This document shows positions 1 through 11,021 of a stretch of DNA of 49,064 nucleotides, one piece after another; positions within the stretch are counted from its first letter, which is position 1; every line of letters begins with the position of its first letter. The notes under the pieces are model-generated. The model did not search any database and had not been told where the DNA came from. It saw nothing but the letters and a program-made list of their open reading frames with translations. A program made the position numbers and the translations under genes. Source of the stretch: Craspedostauros australis (taxonomy: Eukaryota); the NCBI GenBank assembly GCA_030167865.1, contig JALAGF010001350.1, positions 1 through 49,064 of the forward strand. Direction: 5' to 3'.

Positions 1-429
1 TATGAGTCCTATGGGATTCTAAGACCAGCCAAGACCAGGCAAGATTAGACAAGATCAGACAGAGATGTAGAAAGACCCAAAGGCAAGAATAACACGAGAT
101 ATCGTGTAGATCGACATTCCATCTTGGGCAATGTTTTAGAAAAGACTGCGAGAGAAACCACGAGGTAATCGAGCAGCATGTTAGCAACCGTGCAATAGGC
201 ACCATCTTTAGAAATAGGAGATCATCATCTCATAATTTCAAACTCAATCATCAATTGACACACCAATAACTTAGCAACCAAATACACCAAACATCTCCAA
301 CTTCACCTATTGGATTGATCACCCTGGCGGCGTAGTAAGTGCAGTGTTTGGTGCTCCCCTCTTGTCCTGTGTGTAATTGCTGATTATCATGTGGTGATTG
401 TTGGCTCTGTGTTCACAATCTTTCCGGTT

Positions 430-584
430 CATCTCAGACCTTGTTGGTGTTGTTGTCGTTGACGCTGCCGTTGTTGTTTTCGTTGATGTTGTCGTTGTTG
501 CCTTTGCGGGCGGCGGTGTCGGTGGTTGTTGGTGGTGGTTGTTGGTGGTGGTTGTTGGTGGTGGTTGTTGTCGTAGTTGTTAGT

Positions 585-623
<39 letters not shown>

Positions 624-760
624 ATTGGTGCTATCGTTATTATTGTTATGTTGTAGTTGTTGTTGTTGTTATTGGTGCTATCGTTATTATTGTTATGTTG
701 TAGTTGTTGTTGTTGGTGCTGTCGGTGTTGCCTTTGATGTCGCGTTGGCCTGATGTTGAT
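430..760. repeat. (GTT/AAC)n-rich low-complexity tract containing a 47-bp tandem duplication (copies start at 621 and 668)
   Basis: Runs of GTT/GGT. The unit gttattggtgctatcgttattattgttatgttgtagttgttgttgtt occurs twice in tandem. Confidence 0.9.
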
Positions 761-987
761 GCCTGTGTTGTTATGACTGTTGTCGATGATCTCTGTCGCG
801 GTACGTTATGCTTCGATGGTGCCGTATTGTATTAGTTCGTTTCCTTGGCCGTCTATCTGTACAGCTGTGAGTTGCCTTGCCCTCGTCTCGTTGTTGTGTT
901 GCCGTTGTCTTGATCGGTGTCTTGTTATTGCTGTTGCTCGATTTTCCGTCGTGGCTCCTTCTTGATGGATCTTTCTGGTTTTTTTTT

Positions 988-3408
988 TTACTCGATTCGT
1001 GCGGCGTCTGCGCCTGCCTGCTTGGTTTGTTCGGTGTCCATTGGATCTTCTGTTTCCATGTCCTCCACACTCTGCTCCTCATCATCGCCCTCATCATCGC
1101 TCTCGTCGTCCTCACTCAAGGTCGCACTGCTTTCTTTGTCATCCGTTCCCGCTGCCATAGATAGTGCTCCGTCGTCTGTCTCACTCTCCTCGCCTTCAGG
1201 GATGCTGATGCCCGGGTTGTCCACATCGAAGTCTGTTTTCGCCGATGGGTCTGCTGCGAATTGCCGCGGATTGGCCGACTTGTTCCTCGCTGTATTGGCG
1301 ATTGCCGTGCCTACGTGGGCCGATTGCTGCGCTACTGTGGCCGTCGCAAAGGTTGCCACCGTACCATTGTCTCCGTTTTGGATTCTGGGATTTGACGTCA
1401 TTTCCACTTCAAATTTCAGAAGGGGAACGGGCTTCATTTTTCCGTTCTCGTCAACGTAGCCTTCCCACCCGACATCTGCCGCAGTTAGGCCAATCATCTC
1501 TTCTTCATCAAGATCCAGGAAGTGTGCTCCTGCCTGCACCAGCTGTCCCATTTTGAGTTCCTCTTTGCTTCTCACAAGTCCGGTTTCCCAGTCCACGTCG
1601 TAAAACTCGTTTTGCGCCCAGGATTCTGGTGTGAACCAGCCTTGGCACTTGTGATCAAGCTTCTTGCTGCAGAAGAATGGGAGCTTTGAGATCAGCTCTC
1701 TGGCCTCCACTTGTCGTTTGGGATGGAACACAAAGAAGGCCCTGTTGCGATCCGCTTTGTCCGTGTCCACTGACACAAACAGTGTGTAGTCAGGGTCTTC
1801 AAAGGAGCACAGGTTCATGACCACCTTGCGGAGTGTGAGGTTCCAGATAGGCACTTCGACATCCAGCTGCATGATGGAGTAGACGCCTTGAGACATCATC
1901 TTCTTCTCGAACGTCACTTGGTGTGCCACCATCGAGCTCAGGTTTGCGAGCTCCGACGGAGGGTGATGGAATCTCTGGTCAAGCGCATCTGGCATGAAAC
2001 GCATCTGCTTTCCCAAGAGATGGACGGTGTCCGCTCTGTGGTTAAACATCTCCTTCATCGCCACGCGACACACCCTTGACTTGGATTCCCCGCACATAAT
2101 GTGGGTCGCCCTGGGTCGGTTCCGGTAGTCGTCCGTGTCTGGTCTGCGGCCGCGTCTCCTGACCAGCTGGATTTCCCTCACCCGAAGCTGGACCACGAAT
2201 TGGTTTTTCACCAGCTCGTTGACGTTGATCACTTCAGCAAGGTCGTCGGTGTTCATGGAGCTATGGCTTCCAAACAGCCATCCTGCCGCGACGACGTTGT
2301 GTTCTTGGATGTCGGACTTGCGGAAGGAAATCGCGGCTGCTGCCAGGGTGCCGTCGTCCTCGAACACGTCCAGGTCTTGTTTGTGGGCCACCCAGATGCG
2401 GGTGTAAGTCATGAACCCAGTCCGGGTGTATAGACTTTCCACGAACTGCTTCAGTGTCTCCCTGTTTGTCCAGGCCACATCTGCTACCGTCCAGGGCCGT
2501 AGCTCTTTACTCTTGCGCCACGCCAGAATTTGCGCTTTAGAGTCCGCGCGGAAGATGAATGCTCTGAGGGCGTTGAGGCTCGCGATGACTTGCACCAATG
2601 GGGTTTCGCTGCCTTCCCTGGACATCGGTAGACGCACGTCGAAGAACGTTTTGTGGAACTCGCTCAAGACGTCGTTTACGCTCTGCAGTTCCCTGGCCTG
2701 TGGGGCCTTCCGTGGGTACGCCATGACCTTCCTGCGTGGCTTGCGCAACTTCTTCTTCGAAGACGGGTTCGGGGAGGTTGCTTGTGCTTCATCCTTGTCC
2801 TCGTCGTCATCAAATCGGATTCCTTTCACTTGCATGAACACCACTCGGGCGGCGATCCAAGCCGATGTCTCGTGTGTGGCTTTGATTTGTCCCAATTTCC
2901 ACATTGAGGACGAGAAGATGTTCGAAGTGGCCACCAGCCGCACCATGACTTGAATCACCTGCAGGTTGGATTCCGCTGGCAATTTGTTTTCGTACGCGTC
3001 CTCAAAGAGCACCTTCCATTGTTCCAAGGTTGCTCCGTCTGCTAGATCGTCGCTCATCTCTCTCACGAAGGCAATCGACTCGTCAAGCGCTCCATCTTCT
3101 CCGGTGGTTGCAGTGAACGGCTCTGTTCCGCGGGTCATCAAGTTTCTCTCTCTGAGGATGTCGCCCCAGCTTCTTTCGTGCTGGTGGCTCCAAATCCAAC
3201 GGTTCTCGTTTTGGATCGCACCCTTTTTGGGGGACTTTTTGGTCGGCGAGTCTCTGGCCTGCCTCTTCCCTCGTCGGCCTCCTCCTTGGGCGCCTTTGCC
3301 ACGGGCCTGACGGCCTCCTCTTCCTGAACGTCCTTGTCCCATTGTCGATGGCTTTCGAGGGGTCTGGTTGGCTTTGCCAACATCGTTTTGGGCGTCTGTG
3401 CGCACCAT
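988..3408 (-). CDS. Intronless ~806-aa protein, probable ORF1 of a diatom non-LTR (LINE, Ambal-like) retrotransposon
   Basis: Long uninterrupted ORF (ATG 3408, MVRTDAQ...) with an RGG/basic N-terminus and acidic C-terminus. Motifs AAGWLFGSH and LLGKQMRFMP resemble, from memory, diatom retroelement-associated ORF1 proteins. It lies within a TE nest. The ORF is certain; the family assignment is inference. Confidence 0.5.
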   Translation of the reverse strand: MVRTDAQNDVGKANQTPRKPSTMGQGRSGRGGRQARGKGAQGGGRRGKRQARDSPTKKSPKKGAIQNENRWIWSHQHERSWGDILRERNLMTRGTEPFTATTGEDGALDESIAFVREMSDDLADGATLEQWKVLFEDAYENKLPAESNLQVIQVMVRLVATSNIFSSSMWKLGQIKATHETSAWIAARVVFMQVKGIRFDDDEDKDEAQATSPNPSSKKKLRKPRRKVMAYPRKAPQARELQSVNDVLSEFHKTFFDVRLPMSREGSETPLVQVIASLNALRAFIFRADSKAQILAWRKSKELRPWTVADVAWTNRETLKQFVESLYTRTGFMTYTRIWVAHKQDLDVFEDDGTLAAAAISFRKSDIQEHNVVAAGWLFGSHSSMNTDDLAEVINVNELVKNQFVVQLRVREIQLVRRRGRRPDTDDYRNRPRATHIMCGESKSRVCRVAMKEMFNHRADTVHLLGKQMRFMPDALDQRFHHPPSELANLSSMVAHQVTFEKKMMSQGVYSIMQLDVEVPIWNLTLRKVVMNLCSFEDPDYTLFVSVDTDKADRNRAFFVFHPKRQVEARELISKLPFFCSKKLDHKCQGWFTPESWAQNEFYDVDWETGLVRSKEELKMGQLVQAGAHFLDLDEEEMIGLTAADVGWEGYVDENGKMKPVPLLKFEVEMTSNPRIQNGDNGTVATFATATVAQQSAHVGTAIANTARNKSANPRQFAADPSAKTDFDVDNPGISIPEGEESETDDGALSMAAGTDDKESSATLSEDDESDDEGDDEEQSVEDMETEDPMDTEQTKQAGADAARIE

Positions 3409-4217
3409 TGTCAACAACTTTGTGCTGGTAGTGTTTCTACATGTTCTACGTAAAAGTTTTTGTACTGGTCCTACGTACGTCATCAACAGTGGAAGAGTCA
3501 CGGGACTGTGCCAAGATGAGCCACTCTGCCCAATCAAGACAGACTTCGGTCTTGGGTGCGACACATGCGAATCTTACCATGACCTTCTCAAGTGAATACG
3601 ATCAATCGTGTGATCGTACTACTCGCAACATCGTGAGGAGTTGCACCCTACAACACGGCGTATCGCGGTGTTTGTTTTCTGACTTTTGCAAATCTGAACC
3701 CACGCAGTAACACGCACATTTGTCGTGTTGTCTCCGTGTTATATTCCATCTGCAATCGCATGAGACCTGCAAGTTGCCTCTCATGCTCACAGTTCCAAGA
3801 TCTCAATCTTTGGAGCTTGTCAACATCCTATCATACAAATAGCTCAATAACAAACAATCATCCTCACCAACAACTACGAATTGATCACTCTGTGTTTTCG
3901 GTGCGGTACCCTACCCATCTTTGATTGCGTTCTAACATTACATGCTTGGAGGATGCATGCATGTGCTCCTGCGCGAGCGACCACGTGTCACGCCATACAA
4001 CACAGTCACCGGAGTCCATCAAAACAGCACGGTGCCATCGGATCTCGCAGAACTACCCGACGACATGGATGACGAGGAAGACCAAAATCCAGGGAACGAA
4101 GACGGAGTCCACATAGATGACGATGAAGGAGAGTATGACGATGAGATAGCTGCAGCCGCCATGGAGCAGCTCCACGAGCTGAACACAAAATACAAGGAAA
4201 AGGTCAACAAGGACACC

Positions 4218-5564
4218 TGGCTCGCCAACAGCGGAGCTTCGTGTCACATTGTCAACTTGGACGCCGCTCTCTTCAACATGTGGCACATCAAGTCCTTCGT
4301 CCAAGTGGGAGACAGCACAAAGCTGGACTCTCCCAAAATGGGATCCATTCGCTTGAAGGTCAAGCAACAAGACAACACTGGCCACATCATCCGGCTCGAT
4401 GATGTGAAGTACACACCCAAGATGGCGGTGAACCTTTTCTCAATGAACAAGGCGCTGTACAACGGTTACCAGCTTGGTAACAATGGCATTCTGATGGACA
4501 TCATCAACGGATCCAGAACAAAGATTGTGTTCGATCGAGTCTTCCCCACATCCAACGGATTCATCACGGGAGTGCAGATGCATCCCATCATGCCAACGGA
4601 CGACGACAAGGCTTGCACAGCCATCATCAAGAATTCATCCAAGGAGATCAGTGCAGTGAACTTGCATCGAATGCTTGGCCACACACCACTCGAGACCATG
4701 AAGCGGACGGCCGCTCAATACGGATGGAAGATTATCGGCGAGATGCCGGTATGTCGCGACTGCGCGGTCGCGAACGCAAGAGTGAAGAACATCCCGAAGG
4801 CAACCATTCCAAGAGCGACTCGCCGTGGCAAACGTCTGTTCATTGACATTAGTTACACTAAACACATGAGCTTTGGAGATAAACGCTACTGGACCCTGAT
4901 CGTGGACGACTGCACAGATCACTCCTGGAGTTTCTTTCTCAAGAACAAAAGTGATCAACCAGGGTACATCAAACGATTTGTCCAGACGATCAAGTCACAG
5001 ACTGGTGATCAACAAATCATCTTCCAAGGAGACAACAGTGGAGAGAACAAATCCACACAGGATATTCTCATCGATGCAGGACTCAACGTGAAATTCGAGT
5101 TCATGGCATCGAACACGCTGCAACAGAACGGCAGAGTGGAACGCAAGTTCGCGTACCTCTACACCAAGATCCGCTCCATGCTCAACGGAGCACAGCTCGA
5201 CGAAGAGTATAGGCATGGCCTGTGGGCAGCAGCTGCAAGCACTGCCACCGCCATTGCCAACATCACCGTAGCAAAGAATCAGAAGGAGTCACCACATCGC
5301 AAATTCTTCGGCAACGATCCACCATACGCAGATGCACTGCGAACATTTGGAGAAGTGGGTGTCATGAAGACTACCCACGGCGGGATCACTGCCAAGCTCA
5401 AGAATAGAGGAGAAGAGATGGTGTCCATTGGATATGCACACCAACATGCATCAGGAGTCTACAACATGTACAGACCATCAACCAAATCACTGGTCTGCTC
5501 TTGCGATATCAAGTGGCTCAATCAATCATACGGACAGTTCAGTGGCTGGGCGCCAACACACTGA
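4218..5564 (+). pseudogene. Copia protease + GAG-pre-integrase + integrase core (inactive)
   Basis: The catalytic Asp of the protease DSG motif is replaced by Asn (4227-4229). The DDE integrase motifs are recognisable. The frame is lost at ~5550. Confidence 0.88.
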
Positions 5565-6225
5565 ACACATCCAACAAAGCAGGAACAACGGACGCAGATG
5601 GCTTCACAATCATTGGACGGAAAGGAGCAATGCCAAGGACGGCCATGCGTCGAACGTCAGAGGCAAAGAGAGTATCTTTTGCCAACACGAACAAATACCA
5701 CATTCTATCAGACAGCGATGATGAGGATGATGAGGACGATGGAGTAGTAACTCAACTAATCAACAACGAGGAGGAAGATCGGAGCAAACCAACCACGAGG
5801 ATGATGAGATCCTATCATCCGGCGACGAAGCCGACGATGACACAGGCATCACTCCTCCAAACACACCAGCAAGATCTACACATGGCACACCATCGAGACC
5901 TCCACCAACCAAACCAAACAAGTGTGACATAGCTAGAAAGGAGAGAATCCGACGTCACGAAGCACGAGGCAGGAAGGGAGAAGCTAACCCCAAGCTGACT
6001 ACAGGGAAGAGTATTCCCAGAGCTCTGTGCGAGCTTGCAGACTTCAACGAACGAGGTCGAAAGGAAGAAGGTTACGAGAGCGAGTCATCATCCAACGAAG
6101 ATAGTGACAAACTGAACGATGAGGTAACCGACAAATCCAACAACGAAACTACAGATGATGAGGAAATCATAGACGAAGAAGAAGAGATCGAGATTACCCA
6201 TCATAGCACAACGGGACTATATGAA

Positions 6226-6710
6226 ATGAATGCAATCATCACCAAAGCACCAGCGATCGACATCGGACTGTCGATGCAGGACGAGAACAAAGAACCAGAG
6301 AAGCACATCGAACCTACAACGTTCGACGGAGCCTTCAATCACCCAGATCCTATCCATCGAAAGGGATATCGAGCAGCCATCGAAAAGGAGCTCGACTCCA
6401 TGGACACACGAAAGGTGTACAGCAAGATCAAACAAGACGCCATCCCACACAGCCGCAGATGCTGCAAATGCAAATGGGTCTTCAAGTTGAAACGCGATGG
6501 TACACATCGAGCGCCGCTCGTTGCATGTGGCTATTCACAAGTCGCAGGAGTAGACTTCCAAGAGCATTACTCACCCATCATCCACGACGTGACCTATTGA
6601 GTCATGATGGTGATGATGCTGATCAAGAAGATAGACTGCGCACTCGTCGATGTCGTAACGGCATTCCTACATGGAGACCTCGACGAGGAGATCTACACGA
6701 ACTGTCCCAG
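6226..6710 (+). pseudogene. N-terminal half of a Copia-type reverse transcriptase (RVT_2), interrupted and truncated
   Basis: EPTTFDGAFNHPD...AIEKELDSM...KWVFKLK...GYSQVAGVDF...HDVTY*VMMV...AFLHGDLDEEIY. The sequence ends before the YVDD motif. Confidence 0.88.
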
Positions 6711-6808
6711 TTGTCTTGCCCGATGCTCTCGGCGCTTCAATCTGTTTTGTAGATTCAGTCTCCGACTATGAGTCGGTACGCAAGATGCTCTCTCGCTCCT
6801 CTCTGTAT

Positions 6809-6828
6809 TCTCTCTCTCTCTCTCTCTC
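6809..6828. repeat. (TC)10 microsatellite
   Basis: Directly visible. Confidence 0.9.
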
Positions 6829-7394
6829 AACATCGTGTGCTCGTGCTACACGATACTCCGTGTTCAATGCGTACTCCGCATTCGACACTCCGTTCGTTCA
6901 GTACTGGTTCCTACTCCATGAGTACTTACCATTTGAACTTCACCTTCTGTATCCATGATCTTGATGCCCTTTGGTCATCAGATCTTTGCCTCCTGATCTG
7001 ACTTGGAGACAGCTGTTGACGTGGTGACACGATGACATCCTGTTGACATCAGTAGGCGTCCTTCTGCTCTCCAGATGTCACATTCCATTGGTGATGCAGT
7101 GGTCTGTCAGATGATATTGTCATCTGAGGTTTAGTTGGGAAGTACCTCAAGATTCTCTTGGTACCATTGATGCATGGACGGACGATCTTCTGATTCTCCC
7201 AGAAATCGTAATTTGCAAATTTCCTCCAGAAATCCTGCTCATTTTCGTGTGTTCCATTTCTACTGTAATTCTGACGAATCACAGCATACTATCGACACTA
7301 ATGTAGTTGTACCGTCCAAGTGCGTATGAGAGAATAACGGGTAAACGATGCACATATACACGTACATCTCGACATATACTCACATGTACACCTC

Positions 7395-7773
7395 GAGACG
7401 GCCGGCCGACACCATCCCCGCCGTCCTTCGTCCGCTGTGGCACCAACCACCCCCTCGAGACCAGACCCAATCGCTGGTCGCCTGGATCCAGGCCATGCGA
7501 CAAGGTCTTGGTGACTCCGCACCACCAGCGGCCAGAGTGCTGCTAAACTGGATGCGCAGCTACAGACGAAGAGGCCCAACTCCTGCTCAACAAGACCCTG
7601 ACGCGCAGACGACAGCCGCTCGCCCGCGACGCCCTCCTCCACACGTCCCTGACTAGGAGTATATGCAGCATTTGGTCCGTTCCCGCTGCGTGCGCACACG
7701 TAGAATAAACGGGCGGAATGAAAGCGCCCTCGGCGCACGACTTAGCAGTTATAATCAGTGAGGTATATATATA
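7395..7773 (+). mobile_element. Possible 5'-truncated 3' end of a non-LTR retrotransposon
   Basis: GC-rich reading-frame remnant ending ...RPRRPPPHVPD* (7656). It is followed by a short structured UTR with nested stems (7689-7695/7733-7739 and 7711-7715/7725-7729) and a (TA)n tail. No target-site duplication was identified. Confidence 0.4.
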
Positions 7774-7920
7774 TGATATGGTGGGTAACGTAACATAGAA
7801 TGTGTTCTACTCGTGCTTTACTGGCAGGTGCATCCTTTTTATATTCGTGCGTATCTACCTCGACATCACAAAACATGAGGAGCAGAAGGAGACCTGTGTG
7901 CCCATTGCGAGAGAGTGGTT

Positions 7921-10900
7921 TTACTGACGATTCGCCATGTATATCGCTCCCACTTGCGCCACCAGCAGGCAGCAACCCATGCTGAATAGAATGCAAACGT
8001 CGGCGATGATGTTATCGTCGTCCTCGATCACACCGAAGAAGGTCCCCAAATACTCCAGTATGACTTCCTCCGTGCAATCCGGGAGGAAGCATGTTCCGTT
8101 GAAGTCATGCGATGTGATCAATGAGTGAACGAAGCTGCGAACGTAGTACCGCAACGGGGACAGGTACACCAGCAGTCGGAATGGCCAAACGACCCCCTTC
8201 GTGGGTGGGATGATGCCGGCGAACCAAACAATGAAGATGGTTGTGACGATCACAAGAGGTCTGCGTTTGCCACACAGGATCATGGTCGCCGTGCTTTCGT
8301 AGACCCACAGCAGCATGAGGGTGAGCAACCAAAGGACCGTGAAGGATTCCTTGGGAAAGCTCAAGATGGCGTAACCAGGGATGCCGATGGCGTAGATGGA
8401 AAGAATGAGGATGGTCGGAAGCTGGATGGTGATGGTGGACAGGATGTAGCTTGGAATGGAGATGACGTTGTTCTTCAATTCATTTTCAAAGATGTACGTC
8501 ATTTCCTGCTGTGTCGTCTCCATGTTCCAAACGGAGGCTGTGTAGAGTAGAGTAGAGTAGAGTAGAGTAGAGTAGAGTAGAGTAGAGTAGAGTAGAGTAG
8601 AGCAGAATAGATTGGAACGATGAAAAGCAAGGGAGTGATTAAATTGGATTGGATTGGACATGTGAGTGAAAATCTGTTTCGGGAAAGGTACACATTTCCC
8701 ATAATCACAGTGTACCACATGCAGCAAATGTACGTACTGAGATGCGTTGTGAGGGCCCACAGGATCGAGGTCCACGTCATGACGACGAATGCGGTGGATT
8801 CGTCACTCTTGTCCTCCAAATCACGATGCTTGAGAAAAGCAAACGCAATGAGAATGTTGAAAATCAGGATCAGGATGCATCGCTGCATCAATGAAATGAT
8901 GGCGGATGCCATGCATTGCCGCCGGATGAAATGGATCATCTGTGGAACGAGAGACGGCGACTGCTTGGCGTTGGTATTGGGCCCGTCTTTCTTGTATTCC
9001 CGACATTGTTTGACTGTGGATTCGATCAGCTGCGAGCTGGACGATTTGGTCCATGCCTTTTGCAATTTGTTTTCATCAGCATCTTCCTGGATGACATTGA
9101 CGACGAACTCAACGGTTCCCGTGTTTTTGGGACATTTGTGTCCACGGCGGTCCATGTAGGATATCACCTTGGATGAGCCAAAGTAAACCGGCACATCGTC
9201 TTGGGCAAGCAGAAGCAGCCGATCGCATTGGTGCAGCACCTGCGTCGTGGTTGTGGTGGCCATGGCACAGAGGACCACGAATTCATCGCGATGGGCTATG
9301 TCGGACAGGTCCTTCAGTATAGATTGGTGGATGGAATGCAGATGATCCAGGACAATCAGGTCGGGCTGTCGCAAGATGGCCATGAGGATCAACAACCGCA
9401 AATGCTGGTCTGAATTGAGGTCACCGATTTTCGTCGACGCTGGTATCTTTGGTTTCTCTTGCTGCTGCTTCGATCGTTGCGTTTCCTCGTCATTTTCCTT
9501 AGTCTCGTCTGCGTCCTCATTATCTGCATTGCTGTTGTTGTTGCCGTTGCTGTTCCCTTGATCTATCCGAAATCCCATTTGCTCGACGGTATCATTGAGC
9601 TTGGTCACATCGTACTCGTACAACTGCCCCACATACTGCAGCATGTGCTGACATTGCAAATGGGGCCACGGGAAATGATCCTGCTGCTGGGCAGTGACGA
9701 AGTAAACTCTGGATGGATCCATTGCGTGCTTTTTCCAGCAGATGGTGGCAGATTCGGGAGGGGACCGGAAGGCATCGAGGAAGGAGGATTCGAACGGCGT
9801 GAGGATGCCAACGATTTCGCCGACACGCGCGTAGCCCTGCAGGTTATGCGATGGCGGTGTTGGTGCTTCTGCCTCTGCTTCTGCCTCTGCGTCTCCATCA
9901 TCCTTTTCTGGTGGACCGTCACTCGGTTTGGAAAAGATGACGTTATCGAACCAAAAGATGGGAAGGTTGGGTTCGTCCTTCGCTTTCTTTCCATCACTAT
10001 TTTCTTCGCCATCGTCATTGCCTTGCTCATTGCCTCGCTCATTTCCGTTGTCTGCTTTGCCATCATCGCCCTTGTTGTCGTTACTATCGTCTTGCCCGGC
10101 TCCTGCATTCTGTTGCTGCTGCGGATCGTCCGTGGACTCCGGCGTCGTGCTGATTGCTGCTGGGATGGAGCTGCTGCCCGGCAGCTTTCGGCTGCTGATC
10201 TGGACGGAGGCCGTTTCATCCTCGCTGGACGCGTCGCTCATGTAGTCTTCGTCGCTGTTATTGTACCTGGTATTCGCACGAGCGTCCTTCTTGGAACCCT
10301 TGCCCTTGCCCTGACCAACTCCATCCGCAGTCGCAAGATTCCGATCATCCTCCGGCACCATCGCCAAGGAGGCCGAGGATTGACTTCGTTTGGAGGGCGT
10401 TGGCAAACTGGGATTGCTGATGCCGGGGAGTGAGAGATGGTTGCTAGACGTGGTGGAGTTGGAATCATCATTGTGCAAGTTGGCATCGGAATAGTCAAAG
10501 AACAGCTTGGAAGACGGGGCACCGTCGATGCGATTGGTGGAAGAGCGATCATCGTAAAACACAATTTCATCATCATCAATGTCATCATCGAGATCCGAGC
10601 TGCCAAGATTCGCAATCGCAGTGCTCTTTCGGACGGAGTCTGTTTGGGGTTTGGCATACCTGTTGTTGTTCTTGTTGCTCTGGGACTGCTGCGGCTGACC
10701 GTCCTCCCCGTCGCCATCGATGTCGTTGAGCTCCCTGAGCCGCTGGCGCACCAGCTTGCGATCGCGCTTGCGCAAGGTGACGAGGAAGTGGTTCTCCACC
10801 TTCTCGTACATGTCCGACAGGGTCGAGGACTGGATGTCCAGCCGGTCGAACCAGTGATCAACGATGGCGAAGATGGCATCCTGGCTCAGCTTGGATTTTG

Positions 10901-11021
10901 TCATCGGCGATGAGCCGCTGCCGGAGCTGCCCTCGCTTCCGCTGTTGCGGGTGCTCTTCTTCTCCTCGGCCTTGGCAGCGTCCTTGGCCTTGCCTTTCGT
11001 CTTGTCCTTGGTCTTGGCCAT
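7921..11021 (-). CDS. ABCG/White-family half-transporter-like protein with N-terminal DEK-C-like domain and degenerate NBD; exons 11021-8738 and 8537-7921
   Basis: NBD remnants (NLQGYARVGEIVGIL, LRQPDLIVLD, DRLLLLAQ..VYFG, GHKCPKNTGTVEF) are followed by an ABC2-type TMD (VVWPFRLLVYLSPLRY). Phase-1 intron 8737-8538 (GTACGT...ACAG) joins the two ORFs in frame. Confidence 0.8.
8543..8602. repeat. (TAGAG)12 pentanucleotide repeat inside the ABCG intron, next to the acceptor
   Basis: Directly visible; it explains the spurious LLYST repeats in the ORF track. Confidence 0.95.

Larger units (their letters stand above)
4030..6710 (+). mobile_element. Degenerate, internally truncated Ty1/Copia (CoDi-like) LTR retrotransposon pol fragment (PR-IN-RT order); no gag, RNase H or LTR visible
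   Basis: Protease WLANSGASCH; HHCC-type HRMLGH...CRDC; integrase LFIDIS / DNSGEN / QQNGRVERKF; RT CKWVFKLK, LVACGYSQ, DVVTAFLHGDLDEEIY. Frameshift near 5545-5560, further disruption near 5930, in-frame TGA at 6598, and truncation at ~6710. The 5' boundary is approximate. Confidence 0.93.

Noticed and set aside
398-656. Poly-Val hydrophobic ORFs
   Set aside because: Translation of the (GTT)n microsatellite.
621-714. Direct repeats considered as a CRISPR-like array
   Set aside because: Two adjacent copies with no spacers, in a eukaryotic context; a simple tandem duplication.
3758-3786. 8-bp hairpin GCATGAGA/TCTCATGC upstream of the ORF1-like gene
   Set aside because: Could be a 5' UTR structure, but no HDV or hammerhead core is recognisable, and a stem this short is expected by chance.
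6598-6600. In-frame TGA in RT as programmed readthrough or selenocysteine
   Set aside because: The element has other inactivating lesions; CGA->TGA decay is the simpler explanation.
6930-7282. Minus-strand 77-aa ORF, and CTGATGA at ~6975-6981 as a possible hammerhead core
   Set aside because: No recognisable protein motif; no stem II-GAAA following the core.
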